DNA from: Verrucomicrobiia bacterium
GTDB taxonomy: Bacteria > Verrucomicrobiota > Verrucomicrobiia > Limisphaerales > JAEYXS01
Direction: 5' to 3'
Length of the DNA stretch: 64,000 bases
NCBI GenBank assembly: GCA_036405135.1
Contig: DASWYF010000025.1
Location: forward strand, 17,665 to 81,664
In this document: positions 19,955-29,879 of the stretch, in pieces
Layout of the letters: each line of letters starts with the position of its first letter
How positions within the stretch are numbered: position 1 is the stretch's first letter
Notes under the pieces: model-generated
Database searches by the model: none
Told to the model about the DNA's origin: nothing
The model's input: only the letters and a program-made list of their open reading frames with translations
Program-made: the position numbers and the translations under genes

Positions 19955-21100
19955 TCAATTACGGCGTTGCCCCTGACCTTGCGGGCCCCCGCGACGTTGC
20001 CCTTCTTCCAAAGCTTGCATGGCTTCACGACGAACGCGTGGATCGCTGTCATTATCCACCACGTAGCGGAGCCATTGCTGGACGGCGGGATCGTTGGCGT
20101 AGTTGCTCAAGGCATCCGCCGCGCGGGCACGCACTTGGGCATTCCCATCTTGCAAACCATAGACGAGCGGCACTTTTAGCGTTGGATCGGCAATGCCATC
20201 AAAAGCTCCGAATATCTGTGCGCGCAAATTCGGGTCTTGAGTGCTTTGCGCCGTGGCAGCGAACGAAGCGACGATCTGCTGCACTTCCGTGCGTGAACCG
20301 CGCAAGGCTTGCAAGGCGAGCAATCGTTCTTCCATGGAAGCGGTTGGATTCTGTGCCCGTGCTTGCAGACTGGCGATTCGTTCCGGAGTGGCATCGCCCC
20401 GCGTGAGACCTTGAATGATTTCCTGACGTGCGCGCGGGTCTGTCTCGGTTTGCAGCTTGGCCCACAGCATTTGTTCCACCGCGGGGTCGTTCACGAAGGA
20501 TTGCAAGTTCTCGAAAGCCTGTTCACGGAGCGCATTGTTTGGATTATCTGCGAAAGCGAGCATCGGTTGTTTGATGACGCCGTTGGTGGCGTTCTCCAAG
20601 CCGCGAAGGATCTCGCGCTTCAGGTCATCCGTGGCAGCCACTTGGAGCCAGTTGACCGCAGATGTCGCAGCCGTATCAGACAAAGCACGTCCACGACGCA
20701 ACAGACGTAAGGCATTCAAGCGTTCGGCATCGGGCAACGTGCCATCTGCAAGTTTGGCGGCGAGCTCCTCGATCTTGCGATCGGCGAGCGGGATCTGGCC
20801 GTGCTCCATCAGGTAATCCGTGGCGCGACGCAGTTCGACGATGGAATCCTCCGCATCTGCGACACGGAGGTTTAGATTGGAATCATCATAGGCAGCAGCA
20901 GTAGCTGCAGCGCTGTTGCTGCGGCGGGCGGCTTTACTCGCAGCGAGAGCAGATTCGCTTTGAGAGTGAGCCGTCAGCACCTTGGCTTCAAGTTGTTGGA
21001 TGCGTGCCTCAAGCTGGCCAACCGTTTTGAAATGAGACGCTACGGCTAAGGCGGCGACGCCCGCAAAAAGCACGACTGCTAGAAATGCCAGTTTACGCAT
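19955..21100 (-). CDS. HEAT-repeat protein with an N-terminal membrane anchor
   Basis: It begins with MRKLAFLAVVLFAGVAALAVA followed by a coiled coil. It then shows repeated ...DP.VR..A...L... units (DPRARQEIIQGL, DPNLRAQIFGAF, NAQVRARAADAL, DPRVRREAMQAL). Confidence 0.7.
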   Translation of the reverse strand: MRKLAFLAVVLFAGVAALAVASHFKTVGQLEARIQQLEAKVLTAHSQSESALAASKAARRSNSAAATAAAYDDSNLNLRVADAEDSIVELRRATDYLMEHGQIPLADRKIEELAAKLADGTLPDAERLNALRLLRRGRALSDTAATSAVNWLQVAATDDLKREILRGLENATNGVIKQPMLAFADNPNNALREQAFENLQSFVNDPAVEQMLWAKLQTETDPRARQEIIQGLTRGDATPERIASLQARAQNPTASMEERLLALQALRGSRTEVQQIVASFAATAQSTQDPNLRAQIFGAFDGIADPTLKVPLVYGLQDGNAQVRARAADALSNYANDPAVQQWLRYVVDNDSDPRVRREAMQALEEGQRRGGPQGQGQRRN

Positions 21101-21202
21101 ATGACGGTTTTGGTTCTTTAAAATCGTCCTGCAACGCGATGGGAACCAATAGTTATGCTACCGTGCTTCGGGCAAAGGTCAATGCATGGGAAAAGGTGCG
21201 CC

Positions 21203-22519
21203 TTAAGCCTTCATACCGTGGCCATTCTGAGCTCGGCAGCGGCGGGCGATGATCCAGACGACAATACCCGCCGCGAAAAAGAGGATCGGCAAGGTAGCCA
21301 AACTGCGTCGGAAGATTTCATCCTCATTTCCAGGCATGCTCATGCCGTGGATCTGGTAGATGCCCGCATACACAAGCAGCATGAAGCCGTAACCAAAATT
21401 GAAGATAAGCCCGCGAAAACTCAGCACTGTAGCGCGCTGCCGCGAATCCACCAACTGGTTCAGGTAGTGCGACATGAAGAAATTCATAAAGCCCATGCCG
21501 ATGCGCATGAGGAGCGGGAACATAAGCCCAAAGTAAGGCAAGGCCACGCCCAGACCGATCAGGCCCAAGGCGTTCAATAGAGCTACGAGACTGAAGTTAA
21601 AACCTTGCGGGCGATTCTCCGCGAGCCAGCGCGACAAGATAGGCAGACCAAAACCCATGGCGGCAAACACCGCACCGATGATGCCGAAGGAAAATTCAGG
21701 CAGTTTAATCAGCCGGTAATATTCCGAACCTACCGTGAGATAAACGCGTGTGAAACTATCGTGCAACAAACCCACCACCAGCAGGCCGAGCACGGCTGGC
21801 GTACGCAGAATCCAGCCACCAGCCTGCCGCATGAGATCTATAGTGCCGCTGGCTTCGGCCGTATCCTGATGAGTGACCAGCTTTGCTTCCTTCAAACTCA
21901 AGCAGGCAAAGAAAATGACCGCCGCCGAAATGAGCGTGAGAATCACCGGCAGGCGCATGGTGAGGGATTTATCCACCTGCCAGTCCAAGCCCAGCATGCC
22001 ACCGATGGATTGGATGAAGATGGGATCGAACACCGCTGCGCCGACGAGCATCGCCACGGTAAAGCCCAAGGCCTGCCAACGCATCATGGCTTCCAGAATG
22101 CGCGGCCATTCGTTTTGCATCCCTGCCTCCACCAAAGAATCATAGGCGAGCGCTTCATCCGCGCCGCTGGCCAAGGCCTCTGCTGCGCCACTAAGGATTC
22201 GATTCAAGAGGAATGCACCGAGCACCAGTGCATGATTACCAACGGGCACAAAAGCGATGATGGCCATTTCCAGAACCATCAATGCAGCGGCTAACTTGAC
22301 CATCAAACTGCGGCCAAAACGATCCGCCAAAGCACCGGAAGGGACTTCCAAGCCCACGATCGCGGCTGCCCAAGCGACGTTCAGCAAGGCGAACTCGCCC
22401 ATGGAAAGACCGTAATCCAGGAACATCACCGCGAAGACAGGATAATAGAAGCGCGCGTTGAAGAGCATCCGGAACAGCACAAAGAGCCGTACGTTCCGGG
22501 GGTACTTCGAGAGATTCAT
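21203..22519 (-). CDS. MFS transporter
   Basis: It has about 12 predicted TM segments and the MFS loop motif GALADRFGRSLM. The start was moved to the internal ATG at 22519 (MNLSKYPRNVRLFVLF...). Confidence 0.85.
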   Translation of the reverse strand: MNLSKYPRNVRLFVLFRMLFNARFYYPVFAVMFLDYGLSMGEFALLNVAWAAAIVGLEVPSGALADRFGRSLMVKLAAALMVLEMAIIAFVPVGNHALVLGAFLLNRILSGAAEALASGADEALAYDSLVEAGMQNEWPRILEAMMRWQALGFTVAMLVGAAVFDPIFIQSIGGMLGLDWQVDKSLTMRLPVILTLISAAVIFFACLSLKEAKLVTHQDTAEASGTIDLMRQAGGWILRTPAVLGLLVVGLLHDSFTRVYLTVGSEYYRLIKLPEFSFGIIGAVFAAMGFGLPILSRWLAENRPQGFNFSLVALLNALGLIGLGVALPYFGLMFPLLMRIGMGFMNFFMSHYLNQLVDSRQRATVLSFRGLIFNFGYGFMLLVYAGIYQIHGMSMPGNEDEIFRRSLATLPILFFAAGIVVWIIARRCRAQNGHGMKA

Positions 22520-22579
22520 GCGCTGCGTTTCAGGGACGCAACGAAAGGTAGGAAAAAGGCATCGGCTTGGCCAGAGCAA

Positions 22580-25315
22580 TCAAGGCTCAGACAAAGAACG
22601 GACCGGAGCTTGGGGATTTTCTTTTTGCTCACGAATGACGCGCTGCAAGCGCTGCTGGCAGAGCCAAGCTTCGATCTCATCGCCGGGGACCTCATCCGGC
22701 TGGCGATTGGAACGCACTCGGAATTTCCAGTCCGCCAAGTCATCAATGCGGTTCAGCCCATCAAGGATGCGAAGGACCTCAAAAGCGCAAAAGGTATCGC
22801 GGGCATCGCCGCGAATGGAAAGTTTCCGCTCACCTTGCATGGGTCTGCCAAAGAAAAACCCTTCGCCGCGATGCAGCCGAAGAACACCTTGGATGCAGGC
22901 CTCGCGGTCAATGCGATCCAAACCGCCCAACAATTCGAGCGCCGCCACGACATTATAAGTATCTGCCAGAACCGGTGAATTCACCGTCGCAAACAGACCT
23001 CGTGCCTGACGCCAGTTCGGCAACGGAGGGCGATCCGCATAAGCCGCAGCAGAGGTCACCTGCCAGGAAGCCAGTTGCCGGATGAGTTTCTCGCGCTCCA
23101 ACAGATCAAGGCTGTTCACTTGACGCAAAAATCGCAACCGCGCCATCTGCCATGACTCCAAGATTTCTATCGTGTATTCAGCATCGTCAATGCGCACGAG
23201 CCTTTTCGAAAGCATCCATCTCGCGGATGCGTGCCGATCCTTATGGAGATATTCCGCCATTTGTTCCGGTGTCACTTGAAAGTCAGCGAGCGTGAACCAT
23301 CCCGCTGCCAGTGCTGGCCCAAGCATTTGTGAATAGTTCAACCGGACCAGCTTTTCAGGCACAGCCACCTCCGCGCCAAACCCCTGAGATTGCAGCAAGT
23401 GGCTCTGCAATATCCTCAAGGTTTCCGGCTCGAAATCTTCTTTCGCCGGACGAACGAAAGAATGCAGTAAGGCAGACACTGCTCTATCGCCCAGCATATC
23501 TTTGTCAGATTTATGGCTGAATTCTCGCAAGGCAGAGCGGATTTCCATTTCACTACGAGCGACCGGCTTGAGGTTTTCAAACCAAAGCGGGCGACAATAC
23601 AGAGCGAGCAAAAGTCCGGCAAACAAGGGCAAACAAATCCCCATGACTAGCCGTTGCCAACGAACGCCTTTGGAATGAACGGGAGGAACTAGGAACACCA
23701 CTTCATCAGAAATCTCTCCCAGACTCCGTCGGGCCAAGACCAAATCACCCGCTCGGAAATCTCGCCAAGACTGCGCCACCGCCGCCTCGACTTGTTTTTC
23801 GAGAGTGGCGGTGGCGCATAACCCACCTGCCTCCATGGCGTGCAAAGCGGTCAAATCTTCCCGCCCTAAATGCGCCGACACCAAGCCGTCCCATTGCAAA
23901 ACAACAGATGACAAACCCATTCTAAAAGGGATAAAGACTCGCATCATATTGCTCAAAAAAGAGCCCTTCACCGGAGGTAGAAACAACTGTAGCCCTTGCT
24001 TATTCCAGCGATAGTCATTAGCCAGCCATTTGCTCCCCAAGAAGCGGGCGAAGGATAGCAATCCGTCACTATTCAACGTCGTAACCAACTGTGCCTCAAT
24101 TTTTCTCTTCGGCACCAAGAGATTTTGGACGGCGCGAAGGAACAGGTTGTAATCCATTCGAACCGGGCGTTCGCCCGAAAAGAGCGAGATAAAACTGGAA
24201 AAGATCACGGATAGAGATACAGCCGTCATCGGCAAAACATCCAAGGCTACCGCCACGAAAACGGCATAGATCACGCAAGTTCCCAAGACACTTACCACAT
24301 AAAACCGGTTACGATTGATGGTCAACAAACGCAATCCAAGGGCGGTAGGGATTGATAATAGGAGCGTCAGAATGCAGAGAGTTTTTCGTAGCCCCCACGT
24401 GGCTGTCCCCAATTGTTGGAGCACTACAAACAAGGCCAGAAGCAGAGGGAATCCCCACAAGAAACTCCGGCTGAAATGGTCATGCAAACGAGTTCGAAAA
24501 CCGTCCGGCTCGCGAAAGTTTTCCCGCTCCAGCTGGCGTGAACGCCACGCCAATAGCATGCCCGGCAACAGGCCGATCAATCCAAGGAACGGCGCCAGCA
24601 AAGATGGTAGCACCGATTTACTCACGGAGGAAAACACTTTGGCTCCCAGTCCCAGCCCCGCACCAGTCACCGCTGCTTGCGCTGAAGAAGCGGTTAATAT
24701 CGAAAGCATGATGGCAGGCACCAAGGGCTTGGACGGTCGCAACTTGGTGAGTGATTCATCCAACGCGAGCTCAAGTTTCTCGCGTAACGCGCCTTTTGCC
24801 CGCAGCAGACGCACGCGAAATGCCGATTCTGAAATCCCCAGAGCTTTCGCCGCCTCTTCACCGCTTTTACCTTCCAGATAGAACAGGACCAGACACTCGC
24901 GATGCACCGGGGACAATTGGGTCAGGGTTTTTTGAAGGGTATCCGGATCGTAACTCTCATGAGAATCATCGGAGGTTTGAGCCACAGGCTGATCCAAGGC
25001 CCAGCGCTCGCGCTTTTCCAATTCACGACGATGCCGCAGGCCAACATTGATGGCGGTATTGCGGGCTATGGAGGCGATCCAGCCGGAAAATTTGGTTCCA
25101 TCTGCCAGCAACCACAGACGGTGAAAGCCTTTGATGAAAGTTTCTTGTGTCGCCTCTTCGGCCAGCGCCACGTCTCCCAAACGGCTCCATGCCACACCGA
25201 AAACGCGCCTTTCATGGCGCTCCACCAGTTCACGGTAACGCTCCGCATCACCCGCACGCACTGCAGCTACAGCAGCGGCGTCCTGTCCCAGTTCATCCAT
25301 CGTTTCGGTGCCCAT
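22580..25315 (-). CDS. ECF-type sigma-70 factor fused to a ~720-aa polytopic membrane and C-terminal repeat domain (911 aa)
   Basis: Residues 1-190 contain region 2 (AERYRELVERHERRVFGVAWSRLGDVALAEEATQETFIKGF) and the region 4 helix-turn-helix (HRECLVLFYLEGKSGEEAAKALGISESAFRVRLLRAKGAL). At least 6 hydrophobic helices follow (e.g. VLPSLLAPFLGLIGLLPGMLLAW, FYVVSVLGTCVIYAVFVAVALDVL, LVMGICLPLFAGLLLALYC). The soluble C-terminus has prenyltransferase/alpha-toroid-like repeats (VVAALELLGGLDRIDREACIQGVLRLHRGEGFF). Confidence 0.85.
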   Translation of the reverse strand: MGTETMDELGQDAAAVAAVRAGDAERYRELVERHERRVFGVAWSRLGDVALAEEATQETFIKGFHRLWLLADGTKFSGWIASIARNTAINVGLRHRRELEKRERWALDQPVAQTSDDSHESYDPDTLQKTLTQLSPVHRECLVLFYLEGKSGEEAAKALGISESAFRVRLLRAKGALREKLELALDESLTKLRPSKPLVPAIMLSILTASSAQAAVTGAGLGLGAKVFSSVSKSVLPSLLAPFLGLIGLLPGMLLAWRSRQLERENFREPDGFRTRLHDHFSRSFLWGFPLLLALFVVLQQLGTATWGLRKTLCILTLLLSIPTALGLRLLTINRNRFYVVSVLGTCVIYAVFVAVALDVLPMTAVSLSVIFSSFISLFSGERPVRMDYNLFLRAVQNLLVPKRKIEAQLVTTLNSDGLLSFARFLGSKWLANDYRWNKQGLQLFLPPVKGSFLSNMMRVFIPFRMGLSSVVLQWDGLVSAHLGREDLTALHAMEAGGLCATATLEKQVEAAVAQSWRDFRAGDLVLARRSLGEISDEVVFLVPPVHSKGVRWQRLVMGICLPLFAGLLLALYCRPLWFENLKPVARSEMEIRSALREFSHKSDKDMLGDRAVSALLHSFVRPAKEDFEPETLRILQSHLLQSQGFGAEVAVPEKLVRLNYSQMLGPALAAGWFTLADFQVTPEQMAEYLHKDRHASARWMLSKRLVRIDDAEYTIEILESWQMARLRFLRQVNSLDLLEREKLIRQLASWQVTSAAAYADRPPLPNWRQARGLFATVNSPVLADTYNVVAALELLGGLDRIDREACIQGVLRLHRGEGFFFGRPMQGERKLSIRGDARDTFCAFEVLRILDGLNRIDDLADWKFRVRSNRQPDEVPGDEIEAWLCQQRLQRVIREQKENPQAPVRSLSEP

Positions 25316-25362
25316 ACTTCACGAGCAAGACACCGAGGACGAGGATTTGTTACATAGAAAAA

Positions 25363-25812
25363 TTAAGCGTAGCTGCTGCCGGTGATGTAGCTCTCCAGCT
25401 GGATGATGGTGGCGTCTTGGGCGGCTACGACCCATTTGATGAGATCGCCCAAGGAGACGACACCCACCACGTTGCCATCATGCATCACGGGCAGATGGCG
25501 CACGCGGCGTTCGCTCATGATACGAAGGGCATCCTCAATACTGAGATTCAACGGTGCCGTGATGACGGGCGAGGTCATGATCTCATCCACCAAGGTCTGA
25601 CGGGATTGGCGGCCTTTCAGGATGACTTTGCGCGTGTAGTCGCGTTCTGAAAGCACGCCGAGCAATTCGCCCTCCCGCATGACCATCACGCTGCCGACAT
25701 TATGATCGGCCATCATCTGGATGGCCTCGAAGACGGTCGCATGAGGAGAGATGCTCCAGAGCGCCTGGTTTTTCTGGCTAAGAAGGTGGTCGAGAGTCCC
25801 GTGAGTTTGCAT
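25363..25812 (-). CDS. CBS-domain pair protein
   Basis: It contains two CBS motifs: ...ATVFEAIQMMADHNVGSVMVMREGELLGVLSERD... and ...SIEDALRIMSERRVRHLPVMHDGNVVGVVSLGDL... Confidence 0.85.
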   Translation of the reverse strand: MQTHGTLDHLLSQKNQALWSISPHATVFEAIQMMADHNVGSVMVMREGELLGVLSERDYTRKVILKGRQSRQTLVDEIMTSPVITAPLNLSIEDALRIMSERRVRHLPVMHDGNVVGVVSLGDLIKWVVAAQDATIIQLESYITGSSYA

Positions 25813-26138
25813 GATGGATGTGTTGGTTGGGCGGAAGACCCAGCCGCAGGCGGCATGCCCTGAAACCCTTTACCACCACGCGGATAAATCTCCGGCGTTG
25901 GTTTTGGTTGATTATGTTAAAGATAGCTTTTTTCCGTGAGCCGCGCAAACGTGAAACGGATTTATTTTCCCTCGCAAAATGGCCCGGCAGAACGGGTGAC
26001 ATCACCCATTTTGCAAGTCGTCTGGCTGCGGCAACACTCGACACTGGCACATTGTCCCACTATGTTGCGGCGAACACCTGAGCATGTTTTCGACATGATG
26101 ACGTTTGAAGTCATACGTCGCAGGCCGTCACGTTCGGG

Positions 26139-26759
26139 GTGTTGGGGATAATCATGGAACTCGTGCAAGTGACATATCAGGGGCCGCCAGTGGACGATCC
26201 CGAACTGTTCGAACTGCTGCCGCCGGAGCTGCGCGCCTTGCTGGAGCAGATCAATGGCTTCGTCCAATTCAGTGGCGGCTTGCACATCCGCGGGGCCAGC
26301 CGTGATCCTGAGTGGCACTCCCTGCGCCGTGTTTGGATGAGCGAGCACGCTTTCCACACATATTACCGTGCTATGGGAGCCACGGACATCCCCTTCGGCC
26401 AAGATTATCTCGGAAACCAGTTTCTTCTACGCAATGGCCTCGTGGCGATGATGGAAGCCGAACTGGGCCACATCACTGAACTCAACCTCACGTTGCCCGA
26501 TTTCATCGAAGCCGTGCAGGCTGATCCCAACACGACCTTAAATCTCGAACCCCTCTGGGCCTTCCAGCAGGACAATGCCCCGCTCGAACCCGGAGAACTC
26601 CTCCATGCCGATCCGCCACTGTGCAGCGATCAGGCCATGACCGGTTACACCCTCACCCGCAAGCCCGCCGTCCAACACCTCGCCGACCTTCGTGCCTATT
26701 ACACCAAGATCAAGGTCATGTCCGACACCGGGCGCATCAACGCGAAGAAGGGTGAGTAA
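26139..26759 (+). CDS. SMI1/KNR4 (SUKH-1)-like protein
   Basis: The sequence ...LPPELRALLEQINGFVQFSGGLHIRG...IPFGQDYLGNQFLLRNG... matches my memory of the SMI1_KNR4 pattern. The start may be the ATG at 26154. Confidence 0.55.
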   Translation: MLGIIMELVQVTYQGPPVDDPELFELLPPELRALLEQINGFVQFSGGLHIRGASRDPEWHSLRRVWMSEHAFHTYYRAMGATDIPFGQDYLGNQFLLRNGLVAMMEAELGHITELNLTLPDFIEAVQADPNTTLNLEPLWAFQQDNAPLEPGELLHADPPLCSDQAMTGYTLTRKPAVQHLADLRAYYTKIKVMSDTGRINAKKGE

Positions 26760-26770
26760 ACTTTCTACGC

Positions 26771-29764
26771 TCAGTTCCCTTTCAGAAAACCGATCAAGTC
26801 CGCCAGCTCCTGCTTCGTCATCGTCTTCTCCAGTTCCTGCGGCATGAGCGACAGGCTCGTGGATGCCATCTTCGCGATATTCGCCCTCAAAATCGTGTCC
26901 TCCTGGCCCAAGGCCCGCTTCAACGTCACGCTCGATGCCGTCTCCGATGCCAGCAATCCCGTGAGGCTTTCGCCATCTTTCGTCTCCACTTCGTAACTGA
27001 TGTAGCCCGGATAAATCTCGAACTCGGGCACCAAGATGTGCAGGAGCAGCACTTCCGCCGTCTGGTTCTTCACACCCGTAAGATCCGGCCCCACATTCGC
27101 GCCATCGCTACCGAGCTTGTGACACGACGCACACGCTTTCTTGAACATCTCATGGCCGTTCTTAGCGTCCGACTTCAGCGCCAAGACCGATTTGTATTCC
27201 TCATACACCTTCATGCGATCTCCGCCGCCTCCGCCTTGGAACAGCACTTCCGCGCGCGTGCGGATCTTCTCATCCTTATGCTTCGTCAATTGCGTCCGTC
27301 GTGCAGGGGTCAGCGACCATACCTGCACATGTCCCGCCTCGACCGCATCCAGCAACGCCGGCAGGAAACGCACCTGTGACATCGCCGTGCTGATCACGGC
27401 CTCACGCACCGGCGGCGAATACGCGCGCCAACGTTCACGGCCCAGCAACGTCTCGCCCACCTTCACCTCGTTCATCACACCCAGCGAACGGATCGCCGCG
27501 ATCTGCAATTCTTTCGCCTGCTTCGGATCAACCAGGCTCAGCAAAATATCTCCCGCCTGTGCGTAATCCGCCTGTGCCAGCAATCCGATGGCCGCGAGGC
27601 GCCGGGCATCACCTGCTTCCACATTCTGCACCGCCTTCAAGGCGCGTTCGAAAAGTGCCTTCACCACGCCAGTGGCTTCAGCGGAATACGCCGTTTCCAT
27701 CGCCACCAAATTCAACACGGGCGAACTTTCCTTCCCCTTTACCTTGCCGCGCAAGCCCTCCGCCACGCCGCTCAGAAATGCCAGCGGCCAGTCCGGCTCC
27801 GTCTCTGCGTTCACCAGCGTCAGCAGGTAGATCATTTTCTCCGGCGGCTGGCTCGCTGCCAGTATCTGCCCCATCGACTGCATGAGCACGGGATTCACCG
27901 GCGTACCGCGATTCCCCTCCTCCACCAGGCCTTTGAACAATTCATCCGCCTGAGCACCGATGGATGTCAGCACAGCGGCACGTGTCCACTTGTCCTCGCC
28001 GTCACGCAACGCGATGCGCAACAGAGGTGCGATGCTCCGCGAATCCTTTCCTTCCCCGAGAGCCAGCGCACATTGGAACCGCACCCGCGCATCCCGGTCC
28101 TCCGCCGAGCGGCTGATCACCTCCACCAGGAATTGCGAATCCGTATAACTGCGTTCCGCGATGGCCAAACCCATCTCCCGGATGTCCGCCGAGGAATTCG
28201 CCAGCAGCCCGCGCATGAAATTTTCATCCCGCGGCCGCGTGGCAAAAGAAGCCGAAACCGCCGCCGCCGCGCCGTAATCATTTCCCCGTGCGCGTGACAA
28301 CCGCTGCATCTCCGTGCGGTTCATCCCGTCCGGGTTCTCGATCAGGCGCCGCCGCGCCACTTCTCGCACCCAGCCGTTCGTGGCCATCAGCTTGCGCATG
28401 GCCTCATCGGCACTCAACTTTGCCAGGTTTGGCAGCCGTTTCTCCGCCAATTCCTTTGCCGGGATCTCCGCGCCCACCACGCGATAGATACGGCCCATGT
28501 CTTTGCCGCTCTCGAAATCTGCCGTCTTGCGGATGTTCTCCGGCAGATACTGCGGGTGATCCACCACCCGGCGATACATGTCGCAGATATACAGCGCGCC
28601 CTCCGGCCCCGTCGTCGCATACACCGGGCGGAACCAGCTATCCGCCGTCGCCAGAAAATCGCTCTTCTCATCCGCCGGTTCCGAACGGAACGAAGCCCCG
28701 TTGAGCAGGAGCACCTGCCGCTGCACCAGGTTCTGCGCCGGCTCACACACGAAGACATCACCCACATGTTTCGGTGTCAGCGCACTGCCGTAAAATATAT
28801 GACTGCCGCACGCCGAGGTGAATGACCCCGCATGCGGCGCGCTCATCAAGCTGGGCATGAATGACGCCGTCGTGCCATCCGCGCTCAACGGATGTACCTT
28901 GCCCGCATCACCCGAAGGCGCGACATCCTGCACCATCTCGGAAAAAGCATAATGCGGATTCCGCTTCAGATGCCGCGGCTCCAGCACGATGTGTTGCAAC
29001 GGATTGCGATTCGAGGTGGTGAACCTCCGTCCAAACGCATCGAACGTCATCCCGTATTGGCCCGTGCCGCCGAGCACTTCGAATTCAAACGTGCGCGGAT
29101 TGAAGCGCGAATCATTCTTCGTGAACTTCACCGCCGCCATCTTCCGATTCTTCGGCGACGTGATCTCTCCCCCCGTCAACCCGCTCGTCAGATAGATCCA
29201 GCCATCCGGCCCAAGCGTCGGATGACTCACGCGCAACTGCGTCGTCTGGTTCGTGCCGAACCCCGTCAACCACACCTCCCGCACATCCGCTTTGCCATCG
29301 CCATTCGTGTCTTTGAAGTAAAGCACATCCGGCGCGCACGTCACGATCCAGCCACCCATCCACCGCTGCAAACCGTTCGGATACGTCAGCCCATCCGCGA
29401 ACACCGTGCGCTTCTCGTAGTAACCATCGCCATCCACATCCTCCAGTTGCGCCAAGACACCCACCGGCGGCTTCCCCTCGCCCGGTCCCGTGGGATACCC
29501 GCGATTCTCCGCCACCAGCATCTTCCCCGATTCATCCCACGCCACCGCCACCGGACTCGCGATCTGCGGTTCCGCCGCCGCCAGTTCCAGCCGAAGCCCG
29601 TCCTCCAGCTTGAACCGCTTCACCGCCTCCTTCGCTGGCACCGCGACATCTGCCGCACACAGGGACACCACACCCGCCAGCCACAACATCGCCATGGCCC
29701 CGGTCAACCCGCTCCGTGTCCAACCTGTGAAATTCATGCGCATAATATCAACCTGTGCTGCCAC
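26771..29764 (-). CDS. PVC-type heme-binding CxxCH protein (membrane-bound-dehydrogenase-like N-domain, HEAT repeats, C-terminal cytochrome c domain)
   Basis: The N-terminus reads FKLEDGLRLELAAAEPQIASPVAVAWDESGKMLVAENRGYP. The C-terminus reads GHEMFKKACASCHKLGSDGANVGPDLTGV...SLMPQELEKTMTKQELADLIGFLKGN. The exact start is uncertain: ATGs at 29764, 29743 and 29737 are all possible. Confidence 0.85.
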   Translation of the reverse strand: MAAQVDIMRMNFTGWTRSGLTGAMAMLWLAGVVSLCAADVAVPAKEAVKRFKLEDGLRLELAAAEPQIASPVAVAWDESGKMLVAENRGYPTGPGEGKPPVGVLAQLEDVDGDGYYEKRTVFADGLTYPNGLQRWMGGWIVTCAPDVLYFKDTNGDGKADVREVWLTGFGTNQTTQLRVSHPTLGPDGWIYLTSGLTGGEITSPKNRKMAAVKFTKNDSRFNPRTFEFEVLGGTGQYGMTFDAFGRRFTTSNRNPLQHIVLEPRHLKRNPHYAFSEMVQDVAPSGDAGKVHPLSADGTTASFMPSLMSAPHAGSFTSACGSHIFYGSALTPKHVGDVFVCEPAQNLVQRQVLLLNGASFRSEPADEKSDFLATADSWFRPVYATTGPEGALYICDMYRRVVDHPQYLPENIRKTADFESGKDMGRIYRVVGAEIPAKELAEKRLPNLAKLSADEAMRKLMATNGWVREVARRRLIENPDGMNRTEMQRLSRARGNDYGAAAAVSASFATRPRDENFMRGLLANSSADIREMGLAIAERSYTDSQFLVEVISRSAEDRDARVRFQCALALGEGKDSRSIAPLLRIALRDGEDKWTRAAVLTSIGAQADELFKGLVEEGNRGTPVNPVLMQSMGQILAASQPPEKMIYLLTLVNAETEPDWPLAFLSGVAEGLRGKVKGKESSPVLNLVAMETAYSAEATGVVKALFERALKAVQNVEAGDARRLAAIGLLAQADYAQAGDILLSLVDPKQAKELQIAAIRSLGVMNEVKVGETLLGRERWRAYSPPVREAVISTAMSQVRFLPALLDAVEAGHVQVWSLTPARRTQLTKHKDEKIRTRAEVLFQGGGGGDRMKVYEEYKSVLALKSDAKNGHEMFKKACASCHKLGSDGANVGPDLTGVKNQTAEVLLLHILVPEFEIYPGYISYEVETKDGESLTGLLASETASSVTLKRALGQEDTILRANIAKMASTSLSLMPQELEKTMTKQELADLIGFLKGN

Positions 29765-29879
29765 CTCGAAGCAACGAGAAAACCGACGCTCCCGCCGCCC
29801 AATAATTCAACTAATGTGCTGCCGGATTCCAGCCGGCAGTCCCTACCTTGGCGGACACTTCCGCCACTAACCTACCTTT

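Noticed and set aside
25813-26138. TGGCAC at about 26043-26048 as a sigma-54 promoter for the SUKH-like gene
   Set aside because: The downstream -12 position reads CCCA rather than TTGC, and no enhancer-binding-protein gene is nearby.
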